From assembly GCA_946965045.2 (NCBI GenBank), contig OX337236.1:2480001-2544000 (forward strand): DNA of 64,000 bases, in the 5' to 3' direction. The position numbers and the translations under genes are program-made. The stretch comes from Epithemia pelagica (Eukaryota; Protista; Bacillariophyta). Shown here in pieces: positions 35,378 to 46,486 of the stretch. Numbering within the stretch: the first letter of the stretch is position 1; each line of letters starts with the position of its first letter. A model generated the notes under the pieces. The model had not been told where the DNA came from and did no database searches. It was given only the letters and a program-made list of their open reading frames with translations.

Positions 35378-35789
35378 GGTGATGATCGCAAGAGATCAAG
35401 ATGAATGATACGGATGTGAGAGAAGAGAAAACTTTTGATTGCTCTATAATTTTTTCTATCTCAACCACAACCACCGTACATTCATTTCTCAAGTCTCTCT
35501 AAAGAAAAACTCTTTCGCTGCGCATATGCGGTGGTGGTTGTCAGATAGAACGGCCTCCTGCCTCTTGGCGGAGACATCTGATCTGGAGCGAACAGTGCTG
35601 CAGCTGCTCACCTCTGTTCTCCGAAGGATGGAGCGAAGAGGACTGCAACTCCCGCTCGTGACGAGCTGCTTGGAAAGAAATGATTGGGTCAAAGCTGATC
35701 TGCGTGGGTCACATAATATATCTGATTGGTTGAAAACAGTTGACCACAAGGAACAGCTGCTGACACCTAAGTTAAGACAGATGTTTTGT

Positions 35790-35797
35790 TGACGTCA
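35790..35797. promoter_or_regulatory. CRE/ATF-type palindrome TGACGTCA about 410 bp upstream of the bZIP-PAS start
   Basis: Exact 8-bp palindrome; CCAATCA boxes also occur on the minus strand between it and the ATG. Function inferred only. Confidence 0.3.
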
Positions 35798-36200
35798 TAT
35801 GACGGTCCCAGCTGGGGATTCGATTCATCGGGCGGATTCCATGTGGTTTTGTGGGGTGGGAATCTGGCTCAGTCCCCACTTATTTCAGAATACGGCAACG
35901 GCAACAGCTTGTGGTCATTGCCGGAGTTCGTGTTCGTAGTTCGTACCGCATGACAGAAGTATAATTACTTCCCGGTGTCGAGTCCTTTCAAGGAGGGACC
36001 GCCCGGCGCGAAGGGTAGAATGACGAGGAGGGCAATGGTCGAGGAGGGCGCTGTGGTCTGTGCATTGTGCATCCTTCGGCTTACCCGACATGTTCATTTT
36101 CTCTGAGTCCCGGTAGATCCTACGTGTGATTCGTGGATTGAGTACTCCTACTCTCCAGAGTAACCTTAGGAATAGTACGCGTTTTCTAGCTCGTAGACCT

Positions 36201-36466
36201 CTAGTGCCTCGTAGCTGGAAGTGCCCAGGACGCCTAGTTTGTGCCCCATGGGCACAAACTTTAGCCACCTGTATCTTCATCAAAAAAGGTCGTATGACCA
36301 CATGCTGGGGCTCAATCTTGAGCCCGAAAGTGTCTTCTTTCGAGCGCCAACCACCCCATGGCACCAATCCTAGTAGGTATTGATCTAGAAATCGTTTTGC
36401 AAAAACTATTTTTGGTGTTGGGCACAACTTGGCACAGTTGGGCACAGTTGGGCACAGTTGGGCACA
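36201..36466 (+). repeat. Left TIR of piggyBac-like element, with inner 10-bp GGCACAGTTG repeats
   Basis: Matches the reverse complement of 42596-42850 apart from a few substitutions, one homopolymer length difference and 5 versus 4 inner repeats. Confidence 0.95.
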
Positions 36467-36956
36467 AGTTTCTTCTAGCTAGTTTCTGCTCCACCATCCA
36501 CCACCGCGACCAATCATGTCTGTTGTTATCTTCCTAAGACTAAGAGGACGTAGGTGCCATGATCCATGTTGCTGTTGTTGTCCGTTGGACTTGAATCGCC
36601 ATCCGTTATTGCACTCGTGAGCTCGTCTGCGCGCGCATCGGTTCATTTTTTGGCACGCACACCATTCGGAAGCATGAAGATACGCGGATCCGAGACGCAA
36701 CTCCTACGAGGGCTACGGACGAACGACGATGTTCATGATACAAACATTCCCTTTAGTGACTTTGACCATGCGATTTGATTCAAACAGAGTTTTCGTTCCC
36801 GGTAGCCGGCAGGCATCGTTGCTGAAGGAGGAGGAACAACACACAGCAGGACGATAATGTCACAATAAACCGGAGAGCGATATTGAGATCGTTCAGTGAG
36901 ATTTGTGGTTTGTTGTTCAGAGCAATCGAGAGAAAGAAAGTAAGTTATCGAGCATC

Positions 36957-39900
36957 ATGGCACCTAGTACGAAGCGTCTCGTCACTGGGTCGAAGGTGTT
37001 TGTGAAGAAGGGAAGTGTGCCTGCGGTCATCATCGGCCCAACGGCAAAGCATCAATGGGAGATCGAGTACGTCGATAAACTGACAGGATGCAACAACGGA
37101 AAGCGAGATACCAAATCGTCGCAGCAACTTCGTTGGCCCTATGTCAGTGAAGACTTCCCTGGTGGTGCTGGAGGCGGAACGATGACAGGATGTGGAACGA
37201 CGACAACGACGACGACAGGAGGTGGAACGACGACGACGACGACAGGAGGTGGAACGACGATGACGATGACAGGAGGTGGAACGACGACGACGACAACGAC
37301 AGGAGGTGGAACGACGACGACGATGACAGGAGGAGGCGGAACGACGACGACAGGAGGAACGACGACGAGGATGATGACAGGAGGAGGTGGAACGACGACG
37401 ACGATGACAGGAGGAGGCGGAACGACGACTACAGGAGGAACGACGACGAGGATGATGACAGGAGGAGGCGGAACGACGACGAGGATGACAGGAGGAGGCG
37501 GAACGACGACGACCGGAGGAACGACGACGATGACGACGACAGGAGGAGGCGGAACGACGACGACCGGAGGAACGACGACGATGACGACGACAGGAGGAGG
37601 CGGAACGACGACGACCGGAGGAACGACGACGACGATGACGACGACAGGAGGAGGCGGAACGACGACGACAGGAGGAACGACGACGACGATGACGACGACA
37701 GGAGGAACGACGACGACGATGCCTGGAGGAATGACGACGACGGCAGGAGGCGGAACTACAACTGCTGGAGGAACGACGACGATGACAGCAAGCGCAACGA
37801 TCGTGACAGGAGGAACGACGACAGCGACATTACAACGAACGACGACTGGAGGAATGTCGACAGGAGGAACGATGACAGGAGGCGAAACGACACCAGTGAT
37901 AGGAGGAACGACGACGATGACAGGAGGAACGACGACGACTGGAGGAATCATGGAGACAGGTGGAACGACGACGATGACAGGAGGAACGACGACGACAGGA
38001 GGCGGAACGACGACGACAACAACAACAACAGGAGGAGGAACGACAACAACGACGACGACAGGAGGAGGAACGACGACGGTGACTGGGGACCTGGTCGATG
38101 AGGAAAGTGTTGGTGCCGATCCTGATCCAACTTGGTACCAGGACACCAATCATGACGAAGTTGAGGATGGAATCCAAGAACAAGTGGTTCCTCATCATCA
38201 TGTTGATGATTCCGAGGATGAAGGCTTGCAGTTTGGGCATGAACTTGTTGAAGAAGACCATGGTGATACAATCAACATTGTTGAAGAGACGGAAGATATT
38301 GTGAACAATTTTGCTCTCCCTGAGGATGACAACGTGTTGGATCCAAACGGAGCAGCCCTTGCATGTGCCATCGAGATGGAACGTCAGAACGGATATCAAG
38401 AGAGGAAGGAGCGATACGAGCAACGACGAGAGGAGTTGATTGAGAATGGATGGACTGTGGAAGTCCAATCCGCACGGATGGGCATATCGATTGGTGATCG
38501 TGTTCGGGAAAATAAACGCAATCCGCAATTTGGAACTATGGTGGGGCAAATCCTTCCGGGTGAAGAGGGCAATGACACCCGTCGCAAACTCTGGACTGTC
38601 CTCTTCGACGGTAAACAATTCGCCGAACCAGGAATCTCCGGGACAAATCTTCGGAAGATCCATGACGACCGTGTCTTCACATGGAAGATCATGGAGGATT
38701 CCGAGCCCGACAACCCGGTGCCCCCAAAGGATTCAACAGGGATCATCGGTTACGATTTTGCCGGTGCATTCGAGGCCGACAATCTTTCGGCACCTCCAGA
38801 ATCATATAACTTTCCGTACATGAGATTGCTCATGCACATGTGGCCCGGTAGGTCCTGGTTGATTGATTTGATCCATGGGTTAGACGACGCAGTGACACTC
38901 ATCTTTGTTTGATTGTTGTGTATTACAGGGAGTTGGAAAAAACAACTCAACAACCTCAACGTTTACATCGACAAGAAGAACAACGAGAATCGGAAGAAGC
39001 GAAAGATGCGTCTCGTTTCTGAGAGCAAGTGGTGGAAAGTTTGGGGTGTGATGATTGGTGCATGCCCTGCGAACCACAGTGGAAAAAGTCTTTTCGAGAA
39101 GACACCTTCTCCCCGCAGGTTTGCACCAAAAATCAACCTAGGAAGCACCGGAGAAAATGCAATGGGAGTGATCTCCCAAGATCGCTTTGAGCAAATCAAA
39201 GCCAATCTGCATCACGCGTTTTCGGGGAATAAGGATGCTGACGACAAATGGATTGCCATCCGCCCTTTGATAGAGGGATTCAACGAAAACCGTCGTTGAA
39301 CTGTGGCATCTTCCAACAGAAAAGTTGCTGATGAGTGTATGAGCGCATTCCAGCCTCGTACAACTCCGGTTTCGAGCCTTCCCCATCTCACATTTGTCCT
39401 TCGGAAGCCGAAACCGCTCGGCACAGAACTCAAGGTATGGTCCTTCCTCTCTCTCCTGTCATGTTGCTTCTTGAAATAGCACACTCACCATCACTTCTTT
39501 CTCGCGTCTCACAGGCAATGGCAGATGCAGAGATTGGCTGCCTTACCTTTCTTGAGATCCAAGAAGGTAAGGAGTCCATGCGTAAACTCAAGTTTACGTC
39601 AGAAGCCGGCTCAGTCACGGCAGCCACCACACTCCGGTTGATTGAAGGGTCGGAGCAAATGACACAGGCTGGAGGAGATGAGCCTGATCGACACATCGTC
39701 TGTGCTGACTCATGGTTTGGGTCTGTCTGCATGGTGGAAGCACTGAAGTGCACATGGCAGAAGCCCAAGATCGCAACACCATCTGATCCCCGCAACTACT
39801 CACTGGAGGTGGACAAGCAAATGGGTAACAACCCCAATTCACCCGAGATTGTTTGCGCCGTCAAAACCAACACCAGTTTCTATCCGTACAACGAGCTTCT

Positions 39901-40933
39901 CGATGAAATGAAGGACTATCCTTCAGGCTCTTATTTGGTTTTGGGTTGTACGGCACCGGGCACCAACGTCAATTTACGCGCCATTGGGTACAAGTACAAC
40001 TCGACCAAGGTACTTCTGTTTCTCATGTCTCACAATGCGGGGACGACAGTGCCTGGTCGTCCATATGTCGCCCGTTTCCCCGACAGTCATGGAAATGTCC
40101 GCGAGCGTTCTGTGTTGCGTCCGAGCTGCCTTTCGAAGTATTTTGCTTGCTCGAATGTTGTGGACGTACACAATCAGTACAGGCAGAATCTCCTGGCTCT
40201 TGAGGAGATGTGGAAAACGCCCAACCCTTGGTTTTGTTTGATGACGACTGTGATTGGCATGACCGTTGTGGATTGCTTTCTTGCTGCCAAGCACCACAGG
40301 GGACAACTTCTCCCAACACAAACACTAAAACAATATGCCGATGCCCTCGCGTGGGATCTAACCAACAATACACTCCGCGACGACGCACACACCCCATCCA
40401 TTCAGACTCGCTCAAATATTGCTCCGGCCTCACTTGATGGACAGCCTGCTGGTGGATTGCTGGGTGCTCAGAGAGGACAAATGTCACCGACAGAATTGTC
40501 GAACTTACTGAGACAATGGGCATTGTTGTCGGTGTCTCCAACGGACTCCTCGGTTGGGGATGAGGAATCCTTGTTCTGTTTCCCCTGTCCTGGAGGGGAA
40601 GACAAGGAGAACAGCAACAGCAGAATCAACAGTGGTCCCGAGGACCACCATTATCATTATGTTGTTCCCTTCGATGAAACAACAACGGACAGTGACGGGA
40701 GGGTGCGTTCTTGCAATCGTCGTTGCGTCATTTGTGGAACGACAACGCGCATGATGTGTGCACACCCGAAATGTCGTGCTGTGACAAAGTTTCGTAAGGT
40801 CTCGGGAAAAGACGAAATAAAGGAGATTCGAGGAGTGGGCTTGTGTGGAGGAAATAGAGTCCGTCCAGGTCAGCGGCATCCGTGTATTGAGGTGCACCGT
40901 CAAGCCTGTGCTGCTGCTGAACAAGAATCGTAA
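36957..40933 (+). pseudogene. piggyBac-type DDD transposase, three exons, one in-frame stop
   Basis: Introns 38848-38928 and 39435-39514 give a 1272-codon frame with one TGA at 39297. Motifs ADECMSAFQPRT, RKPKPLGTELK, CADSWFGS, VDVHNQYRQ and a C-terminal Cys-rich domain. Confidence 0.9.
37185..38085 (+). repeat. Mosaic (ACG)n/(GGA)n trinucleotide repeat encoding about 300 aa of Thr/Gly/Met
   Basis: Direct reading of the sequence. The frame stays open through the whole tract. Confidence 0.95.
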
Positions 40934-41139
40934 GCCGCATACATGTATTGAGACAACAAGGCTGCTCTATTCTCAACAGCAGCTCATTCTAGAAACTAAT
41001 ACTTATGAAAATAGTATACTCGTTGCTCCAACACACTGCTAATTGTTCAACTCGCTATCCTATTCTCAACAGTAGCTCAATCTTACATCATAGAAGTCGT
41101 GCTGGTGTGAAGCGGCTACTATATATGTCGTGTTAGCTG

Positions 41140-41643
41140 CTACTCCTTGTTTGTCCAGGTTTTCAATGCATGATCAATTGACTGAATTAATGCAACTGAG
41201 CTGACCACGCGCATTTTGATGGTGATGGTCATGGGCTCCATTGAAATCAAGGTGTTCAGAGAATGGCTGGTTTTGATGACAATTTTGCCTTTCACCGTCG
41301 ATCCACTGGGTGAAGACACAAGGGTTGATTTTAGCGTGTTTGTAACAGAGGCTATGGGAATGACAAGATCCGGGAGATGATCGTCCTCCTTTCCGCGAGC
41401 GTATCCCCGGATGGAGATTGCGTTTTTGTTCTTGTCGCATGAGAAGGACCGCTGGACAAGAACAACACCACGATCAACAATCAAACGGCCATCATATCCA
41501 TCATCACTGTGCCCAGGCTTCAAGTAGATATTCACACCTGAGTCTCCAAAGATGGAAACAGCAAAACCCTGACATTGGAGTGTTTGCCCATCATCACGTC
41601 GCGTTGTGAAGTGTTTGGGTAGGTGATGAATATCCTCCTGCAT
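41140..41643 (-). CDS. Small beta-rich hypothetical protein, passenger of the piggyBac element; homolog of 46487-47059
   Basis: 167-aa ORF collinear with the 46487-47059 product (IVDRGVVLVQR / IVDRGHLLVQR; MEPMTITIKM / MEPQVVTIYM). A GTAAGT...CAG intron (41721-41650) lies just upstream. Confidence 0.75.
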   Translation of the reverse strand: MQEDIHHLPKHFTTRRDDGQTLQCQGFAVSIFGDSGVNIYLKPGHSDDGYDGRLIVDRGVVLVQRSFSCDKNKNAISIRGYARGKEDDHLPDLVIPIASVTNTLKSTLVSSPSGSTVKGKIVIKTSHSLNTLISMEPMTITIKMRVVSSVALIQSIDHALKTWTNKE

Positions 41644-41960
41644 TTTGAACTGAAGCAAATTTGTGAGTTGCAGTCATCAGCATATTCCAAGGGTTCCAGA
41701 GAATCAATAGAAGTGACTTACCAGAGAAAGCAGAATTGTTCGAGTTGAGATGTGATCGTTCAAGGTTTTGTGTCGGATTGTTGTATCACCTTGTGTCTTG
41801 TGTGTGATTTGCTATGGTGCGCCATAATCTGCATCCAACAAGAGCGCGGTGCGCGTTCATGTGTCACACTTCTTTTGCACTCGTGACTGTTTTCCCTCGT
41901 CCTCTCGATCACAAAACAAGAAATCAGAGAACAAAGGAGACCATCACCAATTACCTCACC

Positions 41961-42491
41961 ATGTCTGAAATTGTCAATGGCCGTCGTGTGAGCTTGCGCA
42001 ACAAGAACAAGCGCATCCATCTGCCTGACCAGTATGGTGATGCCTTGTCAGCCCAACGCAACTCTGCACCCATCTTTACGAAACCAAGGAAGAACACGGC
42101 GACAAAGAGCAAGACAACAAAGAACAAGACCTTGACGCTGAAGAAGGCATCACAGAAGACCGCAGCTCGATCCAACAGAGAAGGGGCTGTGGAAGTGAAG
42201 AAGGAGAAGAAAGCGGAAGTTGCTTCCTGCGGACGAGTCTCATTTGGCAAAGCGGATGTGGAAGTTCTGTTTCAAGGTGACGACGACAATGAATCGATGG
42301 CAAGCAAACCAGCCATTGCAGGAAGCAGCAACAAAGAAAACAACAACTCCTATATGGAGATTGAAGACATGGAGCAAGGTCACAATCGAAAGAGTTTTGC
42401 CAGCTCTGTTGGTGTCGAAAGCAACCTCTCGTTTGAATTTGCTGAGACACAACAAGACGCTCCGGAGTTGTACTTCAACATCATTGAGTAG
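41961..42491 (+). CDS. Basic, Lys-rich hypothetical passenger protein, divergent from 41140-41643
   Basis: 176-aa ORF from ATG 41961; basic N-terminal half, acidic tail, RVSF motif. Confidence 0.6.
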   Translation: MSEIVNGRRVSLRNKNKRIHLPDQYGDALSAQRNSAPIFTKPRKNTATKSKTTKNKTLTLKKASQKTAARSNREGAVEVKKEKKAEVASCGRVSFGKADVEVLFQGDDDNESMASKPAIAGSSNKENNNSYMEIEDMEQGHNRKSFASSVGVESNLSFEFAETQQDAPELYFNIIE

Positions 42492-42595
42492 AGCCCTTAA
42501 CCAAATCTCTAGCTCTCTATTCACTTTGACATTGTTCTCTATCTAGTTGCTCATTAAATGGATGTCTTCTGGAGCCATAATGCGATGAAACTGTT

Positions 42596-42850
42596 TGTGC
42601 CCAAGTGTGCCCAACTGTGCCAAGTTGTGCCCAACACCAAAAATAGTTTTTGCAAAACGATTTCTAGATGAATACCTACTAGGATTGGTGCCATGGGGTG
42701 GTTGGCGCTCGAAAGAAGACACTTTCGGGCTCAAGATTGAGCCCCAGCATGTGGTCATACGACCTTTTTGATGAAGATACAGGTGGCTAAAGTTTGTGCC
42801 CATGGGGCACAAACTAGGCGTCCTGGGCACTTCCAGCTACGAGGCACTAG
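42596..42850 (-). repeat. Right TIR of piggyBac-like element
   Basis: Reverse complement of 36201-36466. Confidence 0.95.
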
Positions 42851-43552
42851 ACTCTAGAGGGAGGTAGCTCCTCTAGAGAGGGGTACTTTCTGCGTTCGAC
42901 TACCTAGCTAGAGTGGACCAAAGAGAACTCAGAGACTAGGTAGTGGTCCAATCTGAACTCAGTCGAACATACGAGTAGATCTCCTAATTGATAGAACAAA
43001 AGATAAGCACCACATCGATCAAAAAGAACTCCTATCGGAACTATGGATAGAACGACTGCATGTAAACCCAATGACGGATGTGTCATGGAGAGGCAATGTC
43101 ACCGCATTACAGAAAAACTGTTGCAAGAAAAGAGATCACGATTCTTTTGCATGTTCCAAGATTCCAACGAAAACCTCGGCACTGGTTTTGTCCACTACAA
43201 CGTCGCCGTCGCTTTCCGGGACAAGCAATGGCATGAATCGGCCCTGAGCCAAAGCAGTAAAATAAAGCACCAACTGAACAAAAATTGCATGCTGGCTCGC
43301 TCCTCCGTTCACTCACCCATTGTGAAAATCTTCGTAACTGACTGTTCGTCCTTTTGTCAAAATTTGGGCAGGAAAGAGTGTACACAGACACTCTTCCAAG
43401 CCATGAGTTGTGCTCTTCTACAAACTTTTCTACACAACAAACGTATTGCAGTGCGGAGTCCTCAATCTGTAAGATTTCATCTCGTTTGACCAAGGACAGG
43501 TTCAATTCCATCTGTTTTCATTAGGGACAACGCTCATGTTGCTGAGTGACCA

Positions 43553-45406
43553 TCAGTCTTGTTCCGTTTTACTTTTTTCCTCGATTTCGAGTGTGAGGAC
43601 GAACTGTCGCATCGAAGATCGAACTCGTTCCTTTTCCTGTGCACTGATTTGAGGGACAGGCTTCACGGTGCCACTCCCCTGCACTCTCCGCCGTTTTCGG
43701 TTGATCGAGGCAGCGTCGTCACCAGACCAGCTGAAACTTTGAACGTAGAACCAGTCTCTATCAAATCGATCAGGTGGGACGCAAAAAACATGCGCGAAGT
43801 CATCACCCGGAGAAAGACCGTACACCCCACGCTGACGGATATACTCTCGTCCGGAGACGGAATGATTCGCCTGCAGTGTTGCGTTGAAACCAAGATCACT
43901 CCCAGCCATCCCATCAAAATTGCTGTAACCATCAGGAGGCAGCAAAAGAATCTTGTTTGAAGTCAGCACATTGTTGTTAAATGACATACCCTTCCCGCAT
44001 TCAGCAACTTTGGCCTCAAAAGCTTCGTTGCTTGGGGCTTCCTCGATTTTGTCGCTTCTCCCACGAAAGACGCACGTTACAGGTGGTGAAACAGCTTGTT
44101 GCGAAGATCCTTGTGCCTCTTTTGCGCGCGGGCGACTTACTAGCTGTTTGCAGCGAATTTTAATACCGAGTCTCTTCATTCCTTCGGTGCCTTGCGCCAA
44201 GTACACTAGAACAACTCGTTCAAAAGCTAGACCGATATCCGACGCATCATTTGAACCTCTCCAGCGAACATCTTTGTGTATTTTATTCAGGAGAATTTTC
44301 CCAATAGCTCTGACTGCTCCTGGCGAGACAAAGTCTAGCGTCGCGTACCGTCGGGTTGGATTGTAACCATTCTCGTCCTCTCCCGCGCGTATTGTGAAGA
44401 ACCGGGTCACGACTTTCTCGGTGCTGGCATCGTTAAAATCCTTTCCCTCCGCCAAGGCACGCAGCAATACCTGGCTATATTTGTCAGCATTTTCAGCTGT
44501 GATCTCGTCCATGCGATCGTTGACTTTGCCCGCGGAGAGGTAGCGAGGTAGCCCGCCGACAACATAATAGTTATCCATCATTGCCGTCATTGTGGCCACA
44601 TACAGATCATTGTCTTGTTCGTAAACACGGCCCGGGTTTCTGTATAGCATATACGGGAATGCTACTTGTAGTTGCTTCAAAGACCAGGGTCCAAGGACCA
44701 GCTGACAGTACACGGATGACGTCTTGTGGGTACCACCAAGGTGGCGATCATCGGGAGAAACAGGAATGAAACAATGACCTTTCGACGCAGAAACCAATAC
44801 CAATGGCGACGGCTGTGTGTCCTTAGAAAACTGCGCTGGATCGACGACGATATCAATGATTCCACATTCCACCCAATCATCGGGGACCTCGTTGAGTTTT
44901 AATTTGAAGACGGCCCACTGCTCGTTTGAAGACGAAGGCGGCATAATGAGCAAGGTCTTGCGTTTATTTGGGGATTGGCCGAATTCAAAAATAATTGGCC
45001 TTCGCTGCTCCGATTGATGCATGAGCTTTCGAATGTAAAGCAACAATGACCAGCTCTTTCCGATTCCAGGAGACCCTCGGACGGAAACGGTCACGCCACG
45101 CTTCGACAGGTTCTCCCGAGATACCTTGAAGGCGTAGTCAACCACGTCTCGCTGCTCTTTACGAGTAACAAGGTGAGGGGAGGCATTGCTATCGTCTAGA
45201 AAATTGCTTTTCAGAGGAATAACCTCAATCCCCTCAGACAATGCTTGTGGCTCTGCGGTAGCGAGCCCTTTGAATTTAGCCGTCAAGGCCGCATCTGCTG
45301 TCCACACCGTCTCGTCCACAATAGGTACTTCCTCCTCCGCTGCCTCTTCAAATTCTGCCAGATCAAGAAAGGGGAGACCTACGTGTAGATTCGGGTCCGC
45401 TGCCAT
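43553..45406 (-). CDS. Crinkler/RHS-like P-loop NTPase with C-terminal restriction-endonuclease-like region
   Basis: Walker A VRGSPGIGKS; LGPWSLKQL; YYVVGGLPRYL; C-terminal GLAFE...PDGYSNFDGM...FNATL pattern. Intronless, 617 aa. Confidence 0.7.
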   Translation of the reverse strand: MAADPNLHVGLPFLDLAEFEEAAEEEVPIVDETVWTADAALTAKFKGLATAEPQALSEGIEVIPLKSNFLDDSNASPHLVTRKEQRDVVDYAFKVSRENLSKRGVTVSVRGSPGIGKSWSLLLYIRKLMHQSEQRRPIIFEFGQSPNKRKTLLIMPPSSSNEQWAVFKLKLNEVPDDWVECGIIDIVVDPAQFSKDTQPSPLVLVSASKGHCFIPVSPDDRHLGGTHKTSSVYCQLVLGPWSLKQLQVAFPYMLYRNPGRVYEQDNDLYVATMTAMMDNYYVVGGLPRYLSAGKVNDRMDEITAENADKYSQVLLRALAEGKDFNDASTEKVVTRFFTIRAGEDENGYNPTRRYATLDFVSPGAVRAIGKILLNKIHKDVRWRGSNDASDIGLAFERVVLVYLAQGTEGMKRLGIKIRCKQLVSRPRAKEAQGSSQQAVSPPVTCVFRGRSDKIEEAPSNEAFEAKVAECGKGMSFNNNVLTSNKILLLPPDGYSNFDGMAGSDLGFNATLQANHSVSGREYIRQRGVYGLSPGDDFAHVFCVPPDRFDRDWFYVQSFSWSGDDAASINRKRRRVQGSGTVKPVPQISAQEKERVRSSMRQFVLTLEIEEKSKTEQD

Positions 45407-46486
45407 AGTTGTCTTTGATTGTTAAGATTCGGTACAACACAACGTTCGACGACCCTTGTCTCACCCTGCATTAGGCTATCTCCACCCGAGCGCCGCTATG
45501 CTGACGTATCGGGGCTTTATGATTGGCCTCACTATCCGGATAGCGGCTTAGCGCTTAGCGGTGCAAAAGGAAAATGAACTCCAACCAGGGACACCTATGA
45601 AATTTGTAGCCAAGGAACAATTTTGTTGTTGACCCTAATAGGCAACAATGCCTTTCGACGATAGGTTCAAGCGGTTAAGTTGACGACTAGAGGCATCGTC
45701 CTTACGATAGGTAACCTAGCAAAATGGTTTTATTAAATAAAAACTACTATGGACAAAATAATAGAAGCTACGACATAATTTTCGTGTCGCAAGTTCTTTT
45801 TTTATGTCCGAAGAATGTATCGATACACTGATCCCTCCGACTAGGTGTCCGCTTCTTACAAGCTGAGTTCAGACAGAATGTTCCTGACGTAGCGCTCCAG
45901 TAGGAAATCTACGTAATCCGCGCGAGCCATCCCCTTAATATAGCCCTTCTATTTATGCCTCTACCGTTCTACCAAAAATTGACCATGGTGAACGGTCCTT
46001 TTGACCGATCTCTTGCCAAATAGGAGACGGCTCCATGATCCCATGCTCTGAACCTCTTCTCCATTCATGGGTTGAGCATGGAGAACGATGTCGGCGCTGC
46101 ATTCGTTTTGTAGGTGTCGTTTTATCTAGTTGAAGGTGGTCGCCGCGCGATTTACTACGGCGACTCACGGCAAAACTTGGTGCAACCAATGCACCTCTAT
46201 TGTAGAATCGAATGATAGAAGATAGAAGAAAGACTATGAACACTTGTAGCGTTGTTCACGTCAAAAATTGATATTCTTCTCGTTAGATATATGGAACTTA
46301 GACTAGAAGTTGCGTCGTTCACAACAAAGATTGATGTTCTTTTCTTTGTTGTGACTCACACAGCCGTACCTGAACGCAATGTATTGTACGGTAAACGTAA
46401 CACAACTATAGAATTAGATCGTATTCATAGAGAATGAAGATCCTACTCAAATGATAATCATAAAACGCTGCTACATTGTTCACTAT

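Larger units (their letters stand above)
36201..42850 (+). mobile_element. piggyBac-like DNA transposon, 6.65 kb, long TIRs, CTAG at both outer ends
   Basis: 36201-36466 is the near-perfect reverse complement of 42596-42850. Internal piggyBac-type transposase. Confidence 0.93.

Noticed and set aside
35439-35792. Small ORFs upstream of the bZIP-PAS gene
   Set aside because: No recognisable motifs or ATG context; the region looks like promoter/5' UTR.
37139-38149. Long alternative-frame ORFs (poly-V/P on minus, poly-D/R on plus)
   Set aside because: By-products of the ACG/GGA repeat lacking stop codons. Only the Thr/Gly frame connects an ATG to the spliced transposase.
45580-45590. PIF/Harbinger or Tc1 target-site duplication for the 12-kb element
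   Set aside because: The flanks (…AACCA and AGAGA…) share no TA, TWA or longer duplication.
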